From assembly GCF_003918875.1 (NCBI RefSeq), contig NW_025765657.1:1-64000 (forward strand): a DNA stretch of 64,000 bases. The letters are read 5' to 3'. The notes below the pieces were generated by a model. It was not told where the DNA came from. It worked only from the letters and a program-made list of their open reading frames with translations, and searched no databases. Shown here in pieces: positions 51,731-64,000 of the stretch. The stretch is from Haliotis rubra (taxonomy: Eukaryota). Every line of letters begins with the position of its first letter. Position 1 is the first letter of the stretch. Both the position numbers and the translations under genes were made by a program.

Positions 51731-52135
51731 TGGCAAGACATTTTCACATTTTAAGTATAAAGTACACACTCTTCAATTGCCTTAATATATTTTGAATGAA
51801 AATAGAGATGTCTAGAATTGAATTGAAGACATCTGGAATTGGATTTGGGATATCTTAAAATGAATTAAACATAGGGATATTTAAAGATATCTGTGATACA
51901 ATTCATGACATCGCGAAATGAATTAAGGACATATTGAAACTCATTAATACCTTGAAAAAGAATTGCTAATATCTTTAATTGGTTTAATGATATCAGAGTA
52001 GGATTTAAAGACGTACAAATTCATGGTTTAATGATATCTGTAATTTAGTTGCTGGTATCTTGCAGTTAGATAAAGATATCTTTAAAACAATATACAATAT
52101 CTTAATTTCTCAATAAATGTAAAAATGGCTTGCCA
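51731..52135. mobile_element. PIF/Harbinger-type MITE (mirror 59689-60088)
   Basis: TIR TGGCAAGACATTTTCACATTT / AAATGTAAAAATGGCTTGCCA, TTA duplicated on both sides, GATATC-rich interior. Confidence 0.7.
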
Positions 52136-53404
52136 TTACGCATGGTAGCTCAACACCATATCAAGCTGGTAACTCAGTGGGTTATAATAAATAGTATTAA
52201 ACTTTTTTTCTAATTGGTGTATTTTTAAAGTATGACGTTTGTATTTGTAAAAACAGCCCAGAAAAGAAGGGGGTACTGTGGGTTTTCTGGAGATATGGAG
52301 TCTTGAAGAATCCTTGGCAAGCCAAGACTTTTAACATGGGAGTCTATGGGAAAATCAGCAAAGTTCTGACATGATCCCTCATTTTCATAATTTCTAGTAT
52401 TCAATTTTAAAAAAAATTCCGATATGTTAATGACAACATGTTTTGCCATAAAAATAAGTATAAAAAAACATGGATTACTGAGGGTATTTTTCCACTATGA
52501 CACAATGTGTAACATTATATTACATATTTGCACCAATGTTATGTGATTTTCATGATAAAATTAAGGATTTACGTGGCTTAAATAGTTTTTCCTCAAATAT
52601 TTGAATGACTTACTGCATTGACAATTCAAATATCTTAGCTTAAGTGCATCCATGTTAACATTTATCTGATATTTTAAGCGAAAAGGTGAAGAGTTAAGAA
52701 ATTTGACACACTGGGCATTATTCACCATTGACTGAAATGGTTATATCATTCTAGACTCTATATTTTCAATGGAGTAATTATTTAATAATATTATTTTTAA
52801 ATAACAAAACACACACAATCTTAACAATGAAATGTTACATTTATTACATTATTGTACTTTTTATTTCATATCATACATACATGTACATTTGATTTTAAAG
52901 TTATACATAACATTTTGGATATAAAAGTTTAGCATTATAATCACTTGATGTAACAGCTATGTACACATCTATGTTATAAATGAAAAAAAGTATTAACACG
53001 TCCTGGTAATATATTCAATTAGCCATTTATAATAAATAAAGTAATCAGTGAGCTATATCACAATTCATGAAGGTAAATAGATATCAATAAGTTAGGAAGG
53101 CTAATCTGTTATTTCAACATGATTTTTACACTATCACATAAATACATGTGGTGTTGTGGATATAACAAAATGTTGGGCTTGTATTGAAGCCAAACATATA
53201 TTCCACAATAAACAATAACATTTGTATGTATTTGCAAATGATTAATCAGCTAAAGCATGATAATTTTTAAATTCAAGCAAAATGATCTCATTTACATGAA
53301 ACAACTAGGTGCACATATTCAAATATACTAAGGTGACATAATCTCCTAAGGTGACAATTCAAAATTAAAGAGGAATGATAGTGAAGATCTGCTGAAATCT
53401 TCAA

Positions 53405-54120
53405 TGTGTCCCCGTGACCTTGAAAAATATGTCAAGGTCACCAAAAACAACAGTGATCCCTGCACCTTCTCTAGATGAAGTTTGGTGTCAAGTATGAAAA
53501 GAAATCTAGTGAACTGTTTTTGAGATTTATTATATGCTAAACAGTGAGAAAAGTGCTCATCACTACAGTGAGATATCGCTTTTCTCATCACTGTGAAAAT
53601 ATCACAAAGAGGATGATGTAACCTGAACATCAGCGGTTGATAAGTGACAGTGCAACAATGGTATGATGACATCAGAAACAGCTAAAGTGGACCAATATTG
53701 ACTTATCATACCTCATTTTCCATCAATGAAGCATATAATAAGCAATAAAATACCCTCTATATCTCGCTGACTTTAATAAAGTGTTAGCTCCCTTGTAATC
53801 TTGAAATGGTGAAACCTGACTGGGACCTTTCTCATACCATTTTGACTGACTGACTGACTGAGTTTGGTTTTACGCCAAATACTGGTCTTCACACATTCTA
53901 CTCATGGGGGGATTCGAATCCGGGTCTTCGGCGTGACGAGCCAATGCTTTAACCATTAGGCTACCCCACCGCCCCCATACCATTTTGTACCTAGGTACCG
54001 AATATGAAAAGAATCTAGTTAATGGTTCCAGAAATATTCCAATTTGTTTGTATGGACGGACGGATGGACAGAACCTAATACCCTCCGCTTCATGCTAAAC
54101 TCACGGTGGGGGGGTAAAAA
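53405..54120. mobile_element. Non-autonomous Helitron/Helentron-like remnant
   Basis: GTGACCTTGA..TCAAGGTCAC hairpin, (GGAC)n microsatellite, then a GC stem-loop and A-tract; interrupted by a SINE. Confidence 0.45.
53845..53975 (-). mobile_element. tRNA-derived SINE family 1 copy with 12-bp TSD
   Basis: TSD CATACCATTTTG at 53833-53844 and 53976-53987; internally deleted body. Confidence 0.88.
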
Positions 54121-54202
54121 TATCTTTTAAGATAATCGAATTTTACAGTGTAAAGCACTGAACTAAACAAAATACAGGTCATCTTGAAACAACAAAGTTT
54201 GA

Positions 54203-57200
54203 TCAAACTGTAACTTTGGAAAGGTAGTGGGATAGAGAATTTACTATCTTCTGAGAACTTGTTACCCTGCATTTGTTCTGGTACTTTTCAGCAAACACAT
54301 TGGATAATCCAATATCTCCCTGTCTCTTGTAAACTACTTTCAAGTGGTCAAAGCAGAGACCACTAGAGGCTATCTTTCTGGCCATATTTGTAGATAAAAC
54401 CTTTTCACACACAAGGTGTTGAAGGCTTGGAAGATTAGCTTTTATAGCTTTAGACCGTGCCAAGGAGTCTGTACAGTACTTCACACAAAAAGTAGATTGG
54501 GTCTTTGCATCAAGAGAAGCATGACAAGTTGAGTACAGCTGTTGCAATGACAAGGCATCTGACAAGGCATCATGTGCAACATAGTCACTCCCCAAAATAT
54601 TTTTAAACAACTCAACCCGAGCGTATGAATTAAGTCCAGGATTTGTCAATTTGAATAGCTTAAGTGTATCTAGAAAACCATGTACATGATTTGAAAAATG
54701 CGGTATGTAATCAATGGCAAGTAATGCATTGAAAAGTAATGGACAATCATATAACTTGATATTGTGCCCAACCAGAACATTGCCTTCACTTTTGCTAAGA
54801 AAGCAAATCAGGTCTCCAATAACCGTCTTTAAAGATACAGGATAAACTTCTTCACTGTAGTGAAACATCCTTCTCCCCTCAACACGTATGCCTGTGACCT
54901 GTGCAGCAGCTGGAGTAATCTGTACCTCGGGTACAACATAGCGGTTGAATCGTTCTTCACCCCGGACTGCAGCTAACTGTGTCACATGAGATGTTCTCGC
55001 TATAAGAGAATAAAGCAAGACATAAGAAGACATATAAAAAAAGTACTTCTTTTAATAGGTGTTAAGCAACCCCCCCACCCCCACCCTGTAATATCCTTGT
55101 ATTATTGATTACACAAATAATGCCAGAACACTTATTAGATATTTAGATCAAATATATATATTTATGGAGCACAATTTTAAACATTCATGTATAAATGCAT
55201 TGTGAGTCTAACTTTTGCAGGGTAGTAAATTCAAGATCTTAATATTCAAATATATCTTACAATGCATAGTGTCCTCGTCAGGATAAAAGTCAACAGATAT
55301 TTTTTATATCCGTTGGGGTCATATGCGGGTATCGATGCAAATTAGAGAGATCAAATGCCTCAACTTCTTTTCAAAATCCTTATGAAGTCACTCTATTGAA
55401 TATTTGAAACGCCAAGCAAAGTGTGTCAAAATTAATAAACATGGTAAAATATAGCATCTATCAAAATTTAAAAAACATTCGTAATATCTCCAAATGGGTT
55501 CCTGCTCCTATTATCTATCATTCACCTGTGTTTCTCTGAAATGGATTAATGTGCACATTTCAGGGCATTTTCTATCAGCTACATAATGTTGCAGGTCATT
55601 TAGTGGTAATAGAAAAGAAGAACGACATGGTACGATAACACAAGCGTATTTTGGGATGGTAAATAGTATTAATTCCTAATGCTAGGTATTTACCATCCCA
55701 AACCTGATTCGTGTGATAATCTCTATTTCCATTTCACTTGTATTTTACATACCTAAGCCAGTAGTTTCAAGATCAAAGACTATCTATGTGGTGTTGTTAA
55801 GCTGAAGTGGCTCCTGGACAGGTACAGGAAGTGGTGGAGGAATGCTAACTAGGTCATCGGTGTCAGTCTCCTCAGACATGTCAACCATGGCAGAGTACGT
55901 CGTACCTTCTCTGACTTCTTGAACTGTTCGCTTCTGACTTCTGAAACAGATTTATGAAAAACTATTATGTAGGTCAATAGTCCAATGAGTATGATGGTTA
56001 CATATCTGTAGACTACTTCGTTCTTCATTACGGAATATAGGGCCTCAGAGCATTACATCATTAACAATGTCTTTCAAGACGGACCAAGTTCTTGTATCCT
56101 TCTCTATCATGGTAGAATATGATATATATAAATTTCTACTAGAGTGAGTGAGTATGATTTTACGCCACTTTTAGCAATATTCCAGCAATATCACGGCGGG
56201 GGACACCAAAAATAATTTTCTACTTGAGGTCAGAGTTAAAAGCTGACATACCTCATAACCTTGAGATGTAATCTATGCTGTTTAGCTTTAATCGTTGATG
56301 CAATAGCCTTTCGTTTGCGATGCTGAAGATCTTTCAGTGTGAAATGCTGTCTGGTATAGGTCCCAGGTGACAGTCCAAGAGTCCTGTTAACCTGTAGAGG
56401 AGGATTATCAATTATTAATAAATGGTCATGAAGTTTCCTTATAACTTTAAGGCACTTAGAGTGTTACACATTACACCATTGATTAACATAAGAATTCTTT
56501 TAAGCCACTAAAGAATAGGAATGATTTTTCATATATATTTTTGCATATCTGAGACCAGGATAAAAGTAGCATAAAACAGAACAAAGTAATTTAAGAGGGA
56601 CCTCATCATCCCTGTAACCATTAAAGAATTAATAGTATATTGTCAACAATCATGGGCCATAACTTTTCAATTCAAACTTAAATCAGCTTTACTTTATCTT
56701 TAATCTTTAACCACATTCCCCTTCCTAAGGACTTCAAATAAACTGAACTGGAACTATAGAACAAGACACATTTCAAATTCAACTTCTAAATGATTTTAAC
56801 AAAACTGAACTGGAACTGTAGAACAGAATACATTTCTAATTCAACTTCTAAATGATTTCAAATCAACTGAAATCGAACCATAGAACAGAATACATATTTC
56901 TTACAGCTATAATATAGCTGTGGCCCACATTCTTTTGTGCAACGGAAGCAGCAACCCTGAAGTGAAGACTTGAGGAGCCAGAATAATGTCTAGATTTTGG
57001 TGCCTTGCTAGACACGGTCTTGTTAAAACGATCATTGGATTGTGTGCTTCCAAGACTGGCAAGTCTTACTTTGTGTATAGCATAGTTGTCAAACAAAGCT
57101 TTTAGGTCTGCTTGTAAAGTCAAATCTGACAGAGCTTTACCATAAGGAAGAGACCTGAAGCTTGAGCTTGACGACATCAAAAATCTGCACCAAGTGTCAT

Positions 57201-58260
57201 CACACTTACTGTGATCACCAAATGGGTGACATGATAGTGCAGTTAATCCTCTGCTTATTCCATCTTGGTTTCCTTTGTTTTGGCTGATCATGTAGTTGAA
57301 ACATTTTTGTAGATACCTGATTACTTTGGTGCTCAGTGTCTTGTGTTTTTTCTGCAGCTGATACAGTTTATTACCTAAGCCTTTCCTCACATGATTTTTG
57401 TCAGACTGTTTAACAATGTCCTTGTCTACATTTGCCCTTAATCTGGCTATACTTGTAGCATCATCATCTCCTATGATTGAGGTCACATGTACATCCTCTT
57501 CCTTAGCTTTAACTACCATCTCAGATACCATGTCAGGTTCCATACCTTTACTGGAACCATCCCAGTTCTTTCTGCAGTCATGCTCTTCAGGAATCCTGTT
57601 AGCTTTATTTGCTTGATGACAGATTCGGCAACTCTTTGAGCGGATCGAATAGCCAAGAACTTTGCCAGTTTTGTTCCCGATCATTGAGCAGTGTCCTGAA
57701 ACATATAAATGTCTGTTTATTTATTTCAATTTTCTGCTTGAATATGATATATTTATTTTAACAAGTTTAGCTCTAGTGTCTTGATATTATCTGACCAAAA
57801 CACAAACCCATCAATAACACTGTTACATGTCTTGTAGTAGTCAACATACTGGTCTGAAGGATAAAGTAAAACAAGGAAATAGAACTAATATAACTGAGAG
57901 TTTAATAAATCACAAACATAAAAAATAATGTGACAATGGTTACTTTAATCATGCTGTGAACATTTGTACTATTGAAATCTAACTAATTGAAAACACATCA
58001 ACACAAAACCCAGATCTTAAAACCTTTTTCATCTGAAATGATGCCAGAGAAGGTACCACTTATCACTTTCAAGAAAACATATTGATACATTTACATCATT
58101 ACACAGAGAGATATACCTAATAGTCTTGTATTATGCATAAGTATAAACAAGCAACTAGAATTAGAATGAATTACCAGACAGGCTGTCATAGCATTTTCCA
58201 CTGCCCCGCTTCTGCCATCCTGCATCAACACTCACACAGATTCTTCGGCTGCCGGGAGAA
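54203..58260 (-). pseudogene. 5'-truncated spliced gene: Mutator-like/Kolobok-type DDE transposase fused to DEDDh exonuclease and PML-C-like tail
   Basis: Exons 58175-58260, 56905-57695, 56252-56391, 55753-55940, 54203-54999, all GT-AG and phase-compatible. Transposase motifs VDAGWQKRGSG, CxxC..HxC, GMEPD, IGDDD, DKNH, HPFGDHSKCDDTWC, TQSND. Exonuclease motifs FDLETTG, GHNIKLYD, FLDTL, AHDALSD. One in-frame TAG at 55784-55786. Confidence 0.85.
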
Positions 58261-61200
58261 CTGAAGAAGAGGAAAAAAACATGATGTTGCAATTTCATTT
58301 TAAAAACAGTTCACTGGATTTCTTTTCATACTTGACACCAAACTTCATCTAGAGAAGGTGCAGAGATCACTGTTGATTTGGTGACCTTGACATATTTTTC
58401 AAGGTCACGGGGACACATTGAAGATTTCAGCAGATCTTCACTATCATTCCTCTTTAATTTTGAATTGTCACCTTAGGAGATTATGTCACCTTAGTATATT
58501 TGAATATGTGCACCTAGTTGTTTCATGTAAATGAGATCATTTTGCTTGAATTTAAAAAAAATATCATGCTTTAGCTGATTAATCATTTGCAAATACATAC
58601 AAATGTTATTGTTTATTGTGGAATATATGTTTGGCTTCAATACAAGCCCAACATTTTGTTATATCCACAACACCACATGTTTTTATGTGATAGTGTAAAA
58701 ATCATGTTGAAATAACAGATTAGCCTTCCTAACTTATTGATATCTATTTACCTTCATGAATTGTGATATAGCTCACTGATTACTTTATTTATTATAACTG
58801 GCTTATTGAATATATTACCAGGACGTGTTAATACTTTTTTCATTTATAACATAGATGTGTACATAGCTGTTACATCAAGTGATTATAATGCTAAACTTTT
58901 ATATCCAAAATGTTATGTATAACTTTAAAATCAAATGTACATGTATGTATGATATGAAATAAAAAGTACAATAATGTAATAAATGTAACATTTCATTGTT
59001 AAGATTGTGTGTGTTTTGTTATTTAAAAATAATATTATTAAATAATTACTCCATTGAAAATATAGAGTCTAGAATGATATAACCATTTCAGTCAATGGTG
59101 AATTATGCCCAGTGTGTCAAAATTTCTTAACTCTTCACCTTTTCGCTTAAAATATCAGATAAATGTTAACATGGATGCACTTAAGCTAAGATATTTGAAT
59201 TGTCAATGCAGTAAGTCATTCAAATATTTGAGGAAAAACTATTTAAGCCACATATATCTTTAATTTTATCATGAAAATTACATAACATTGGTGCAAATAT
59301 GTAATATAATGTTACACATTGTGTCATAGTGGAAAAATACCCTCAGTAACCCATGTTTTTTAATACTTATTTTTATGGCAAAACATGTTGTCATTAACAT
59401 ATCGGAATTTTTTTTTAAATTAAATACTAGAAATTATGAAAATGAGGGATCATGTCAGAACTTTGCTGATTTTCCCATAGACTCCCATGTTAAAAGTCTT
59501 GGCTTGCCAAGGATTCTTCAAGACTCCATATCTCCAGAAAACCCACAGTACCCCCTTCTTTTCTGGGCTGTTTTTACAAATACAAACGTCATACTTTAAA
59601 AATATACCAATTAGAAAAAAAGTTTAATACTATTTATTATAACCCACTGAGTTACCAGCTTGATATGGTGTTGAGCTACCATGCGTAATGGCAAGCCATT
59701 TTTACATTTATTGAGAAATTGAGATATTGTATATTGTTTTAAAGATATCTTTATCTAACTGCAAGATACCAGCAACTAAATTACAGATATCATTAAAACA
59801 TGTATTTGTACGTCTTTAAATCCTACTCTGATATCATTAAACCAATTAAAGATATTAGCAATTCTTTTTCAAGGTATTAATGAGTTTCAATATGTCCTTA
59901 TTTCATTTCGCGATGTCATGAATTGTATCGCAGATAGCTGTAATTATCCCTATGTTTAATTCATTTTAAGATATCCTAAATCCAATTCCAGATATCTTCA
60001 ATTCAATTCTAGACATTTTCATTCAAAATATATTAAGGCAATTGAAGATATCTGTACTTTATACTTAAAATGTGAAAATGTCTTGCCATAATGCCATAGT
60101 AAACTGACTCAAAGCCGAGCACACTTTGTGCAGTCACCTTAATGCCGGACACCTGCAGGTTCATAATTAGTACCGTCGTTTAACGTCCTTTGTAATGACA
60201 CAGCCGTAGATCGAGGCCACGACCTTTCGCTGTCCGCTTCATAAGGCCTCTATCTTATCATCATGAATCTAACCGCTGTCATACAGTATCAGGGCTCCAG
60301 ATAAGGGCCGTATCGGCGTATGTACGGATATAAAATATGCACGATACGGTAGGAAATAATTTAGAAAACGTAGCAGATACGCACCACAGCAATGTTGCAC
60401 GGTCATAGAATCATTTACAGACGTATTTAGCTGAAAAAATATTGTTTTATTATTTATTGACCTTTTTACACAAGAGTAGCTATGTTGTGGTGCATATATG
60501 AAACGAAACACAAGATTACTGATCCGCCATTAAATTCCATTCAGTATTCTAAATGTACTCCTAAGGTTTTCCAGTACTCCTATATTGAAAAAATAAGGAG
60601 TACGTACTCCTGATGTTGAAAAATTATCTGGAGACCTGCAGTAGTGTGCACATAGTAATGAAATTGGTCGATCCTGTCAGTTGTCGTATATCCATGCTTT
60701 TTCTTTAATACGAGTCCATTATTGCACGTTTATCTACTAGGGGTGGGTATTGCAGAGAATTTTCATATTGCGATATATTGCGATTCGAAAGCATATATTG
60801 CGGGGCGGTGTGGTAGCATATTGCTGAAGCGCTAGCGTTCGCCTGTCACGCTGAAGACCGGGTTCGATTCACCACATGGGTACAATGTGGGAAGCCCTTT
60901 TCTGGTTTCGCTCGGAATTTCGGTTGATGTTGTTGAAACATTGCCAAAAGCTGCTTAAAACATTGCTCCCTCATTCATTAGGTCGAAGACAAAAGTTCTA
61001 TTCCATTCATGACTACAATGTGTAAAGTCCAGTTCTTGTGTTCCCAGTCGTGATGTTGCTGGAATATTGCTCAAACATGATGGACGCTTGCGTAAACACA
61101 CAGAACAACAGATTTTGATTGTCCGGATAACTGAACATATTTAATGCATATTTTACCATTTGAGCCATGAAGAGGGCATCGAGACCATTAACCTGATCAA

Positions 61201-61869
61201 CTTATTCCAGTTTCAATGAATGTCTTCTGGATAGCAGGGTTTCTGGATAGCTGACGTCCGTTTTAGTGAGGACTCGCTGTAGGCAGAGAGACAGACAGAC
61301 ACAAAGGATTTAACATGTGGTACATAAGATTTATTACATGTATATCTATACACTGTACGCGTATGTTTTTTTAAAATATGTAAATAGGTTCGGTCATGGG
61401 ATAATGAAATCAGGGATATACAAGCAAATACAAAGGATATATTCCATTTTCATTAAGTGCCGTGGATTTTGGGGTGTATGACGACAGGATTATTGAGAAC
61501 ACAGTTTAAACTGTTGACTGCGTTGAACGCCGCTTTGGATTGTGTTTATATCACGATGTTGTGGCTTACTGTGGCGATGCAGTCCTAGGGTGTTACCACG
61601 TTCGACATGTTTTTGTTCAACGCCACTCTCATCAACATTCTAAAGTGACAGATCCTGACCACTTATGTCATATGACAAAGACAGGTTGTTGGGACTAATT
61701 CTTACTGAGAGACCTCGGGGAAAGGGGACCACAGTAAATGAACTGACGTACAAAAGAAAGTACACTATGGTGTTTTCAAGTTTTGGCAACGCGTAAACAA
61801 CGTTTGTGACATGTGAGTCAAAATCAGAATATTTTTCAAACAATTTACGTTATTTTACAAAAAGCCTTG

Positions 61870-62092
61870 GTCTTCATCAATCCATGCTTGTCGCAAGAGA
61901 CGACTAACGGGATCGGGTGGTCTGGCTCGCTGACTTTGTCGACACATGTCATCGTATCCCAACTGCGTAGATCGATGCTCATGCTGTTGATCACTGGATT
62001 GTCTGGGCGAGACTCGATTATTTACAGACCGCCGCCATATAGCTGGACTATTGCTGAGTGCGGCATTGAACAACCAACCAACAAACCAACTA
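61870..62092 (+). mobile_element. SINE family 2, 5'-truncated, Nin-domain-like core; mirror 49800-50020
   Basis: Core CATGCTTGTCGYAAGAGRCGACTAACGGGATCGGGTGG, 3' end shared with family 1, (CAAC)n tail. Other copies at about 12425-12612, 18406-18635, 22697-22921, 25545-25790, 28440-28625, 47883-48105, 63725-63950. The Nin label is from memory. Confidence 0.8.
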
Positions 62093-62498
62093 CGCTCAAT
62101 GGAAACTGAAGGCTTTAAAACTACATGTATATATAAAATGGAGGGCGGGTAGTTCAGTAGAGAATGGGGTCACAATTCATTGGGAGAGTCACAGGTTCGT
62201 CAGACATCTAAGACTTCTTTGATTGGCATTAAGACATTGTCGGTTCGAAACAAAGCTTCTTTCTCCCTATGTTCTTGCTTTGTCAGCAATGTCGGTTTTA
62301 CCAAAGTAGGTAACCGTCTAATCACGGCAGTGATATTACTGAAATTTTATAATCTGTTTTAAACTAAACTATCACAATCGAAAACATTCAAACTGGTACA
62401 TAAGAAAGTAAGACCTGACACAGAGTGTGTTTTTGTACATAAAGGAGCATTGTGTTGCTATCCTGGGAAATCACAATGCCATAAAGCATGGATTTACT

Positions 62499-63698
62499 TC
62501 ATACGATCATGAGAGGGAGACGCTGGCCCTCTGAGTACTTGTCCTCTACAAACTGACAAAGGCAGATGGCGTTGCGGACGTGCCTAGGGCCATGTTTGAC
62601 CTTGAGCTGACCTTCCTTGTAAGCGGAAGTGTAGTCAAGGCAGTGGTGTTGAAACAGCTGCGATGCCTGTGAAGACAAGTTGATCCTTACAGTATTGTGG
62701 CAAAGTTGAATTACAGTATTTTGAAGGCAACGAATTGACCTACGGGTGGATTTCACGCAGTCTTAAGAATATACTAATATAATGGCAACCTATGTATGCT
62801 CCTTGGCCCCAGATAAGACGATCTTGTTCATCGACTAAAAGGCAACTGACTGCATCTCCAGCTCAGCCATTACAAGAGCATCCTCTGCCCAACCCAACTA
62901 TTACATCTCCAGCCCAGCCATTACAAGAGCATCTTCGGCCCAACCCAACTATTACATCTCCAGCCCAGCCATTATAAGAGCATCCTCGGCCCAACCCAAC
63001 TGACTGCATCTCCAGCCCAGCCATTACAAGAGCATCTTCGGCCCAACCCAACTGACTGCAGCAGCAGCCCATTTTTTTGTTACAGCATCCCTGGCCCAGT
63101 CATCACTAGAGCATCCTTGGCCCAAGCCCCACTGACTGCATCCCTGGCCCAGTCATCACTAGAGCATCCTTGGCCCAAGCCCCACTGACTGCATCCCTGG
63201 CCCAGTCATCACTAGAGCATCTTCAGCCCAATCCTAAATGACTGCATCTCCAGCCCCGCCATTACAAGAACATCCTCGGCCCAACCTTAAATGACTGCAT
63301 CTGCAGCTCAGCCATTACAAGAGCATCTTCGGCCAAACCCTTACTGACTACATCCTTGGTCCATTCTTTTCCAACAGTATCCCTGGCCTAAGCCTTAATG
63401 AGAGGATCACTGACCCAACTCAACATTGATTCACTGAATTCATTTGCAGTCACAAAAACATGGAACATTAATTTTGAAAAGTTGTTAACGATTTTACGAC
63501 TGCTTCTGAACGTTTGGGATCGTGATTGTCAGAAATGAGCTGACGATAGTACCCTTCTCCATGAATCATCGATAATGTATAGAGAAGGTATGATTCATAT
63601 ATAATAAACAAAATATATACAGTACTAACCTTGTCTGCATTTGAACCAGATTCAAGATGTCTTCCTTCAATTCCTTCCAGAAAATTTGCCAAAAAGTT
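62499..63698 (-). CDS. Copy C of the TIR-TM gene, last two exons (63630-63698, 62499-62666); the rest should lie beyond the window end
   Basis: Same lengths (69, 168 nt), splice sites and stop as copy B exons 7-8; 5 replacement and 2 silent differences. Confidence 0.8.
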
Positions 63699-64000
63699 CT
63701 GAAAGTAATCAAAACTGTTACGTTTTGGTATGTTTGTTGTTTAACGCTGCACACAACAATATTCCAGCTATACGGCGGCGATGTGTAAATAATCCAGGCG
63801 GTCTGTAAACAATGGACCAGACAATCCAGTGATTGACAGTACGAGCAATGATCTATGGAAAGGGGATACCTCATGCATCAACCTAGTCAGCGATCCTGAC
63901 CACCTGATCTTGTTTGTCGCCTCTGACGACAAGCATTCCAACCTTCACAGGTAAACAGTTACCTGGGGAACGACGAAATACACACTGCAAACATGAGTCA

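Larger units (their letters stand above)
52229..59595. mobile_element. Probable Kolobok-type DNA transposon end (TTAA|AG...) present on both sides of the transposase gene
   Basis: TTAA at 52225-52228 followed by AGTATGACG; mirror CT|TTAA at 59594-59599; subterminal CCCATAGACTCCCATGTTAA motif. The boundary is inferred because the inverted identity extends beyond it. Confidence 0.45.
47834..64000. repeat. Large inverted duplication 2: arms 47834-53521 and 58302-64000 (runs off the window), spacer 4.78 kb
   Basis: 63961-64000 is the exact reverse complement of 47834-47873. Near-identical mirror ORFs (52225-52449/59375-59599; 49527-49709/62180-62362). Confidence 0.97.

Overview
Eukaryotic, repeat-rich animal genomic DNA; the SINE families suggest a mollusc, possibly abalone (inference, not searched). 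Manual splicing gives one apparently intact 8-exon gene on + (31549-49390, 1695 nt CDS, 564 aa) encoding an N-terminal acidic region, a TLR-type TIR domain, two transmembrane helices and a C-terminal region resembling TMEM268. The gene occurs three times in alternating orientation (minus, plus, minus) because the window is built from two large inverted duplications: 1-19629 vs 21889-41452 (head-to-head) and 47834-53521 vs 58302-64000 (tail-to-tail). A third inverted repeat (1.3-kb arms) in intron 4 encloses a deleted Maverick/Polinton. The loop of the tail-to-tail palindrome holds a 5'-truncated, spliced DDE-transposase + DEDDh exonuclease gene with a PML-like tail. Also present: a 31-32 bp intronic minisatellite resembling the exon 3 splice donor, Tc1 and Crypton-like remnants, MITEs and many tRNA-derived SINEs. 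Parts of the first palindrome look like noisy long-read consensus, so pseudogene calls there and the reality of the junctions need read-level checks. All family assignments come from motif recognition, not database searches.
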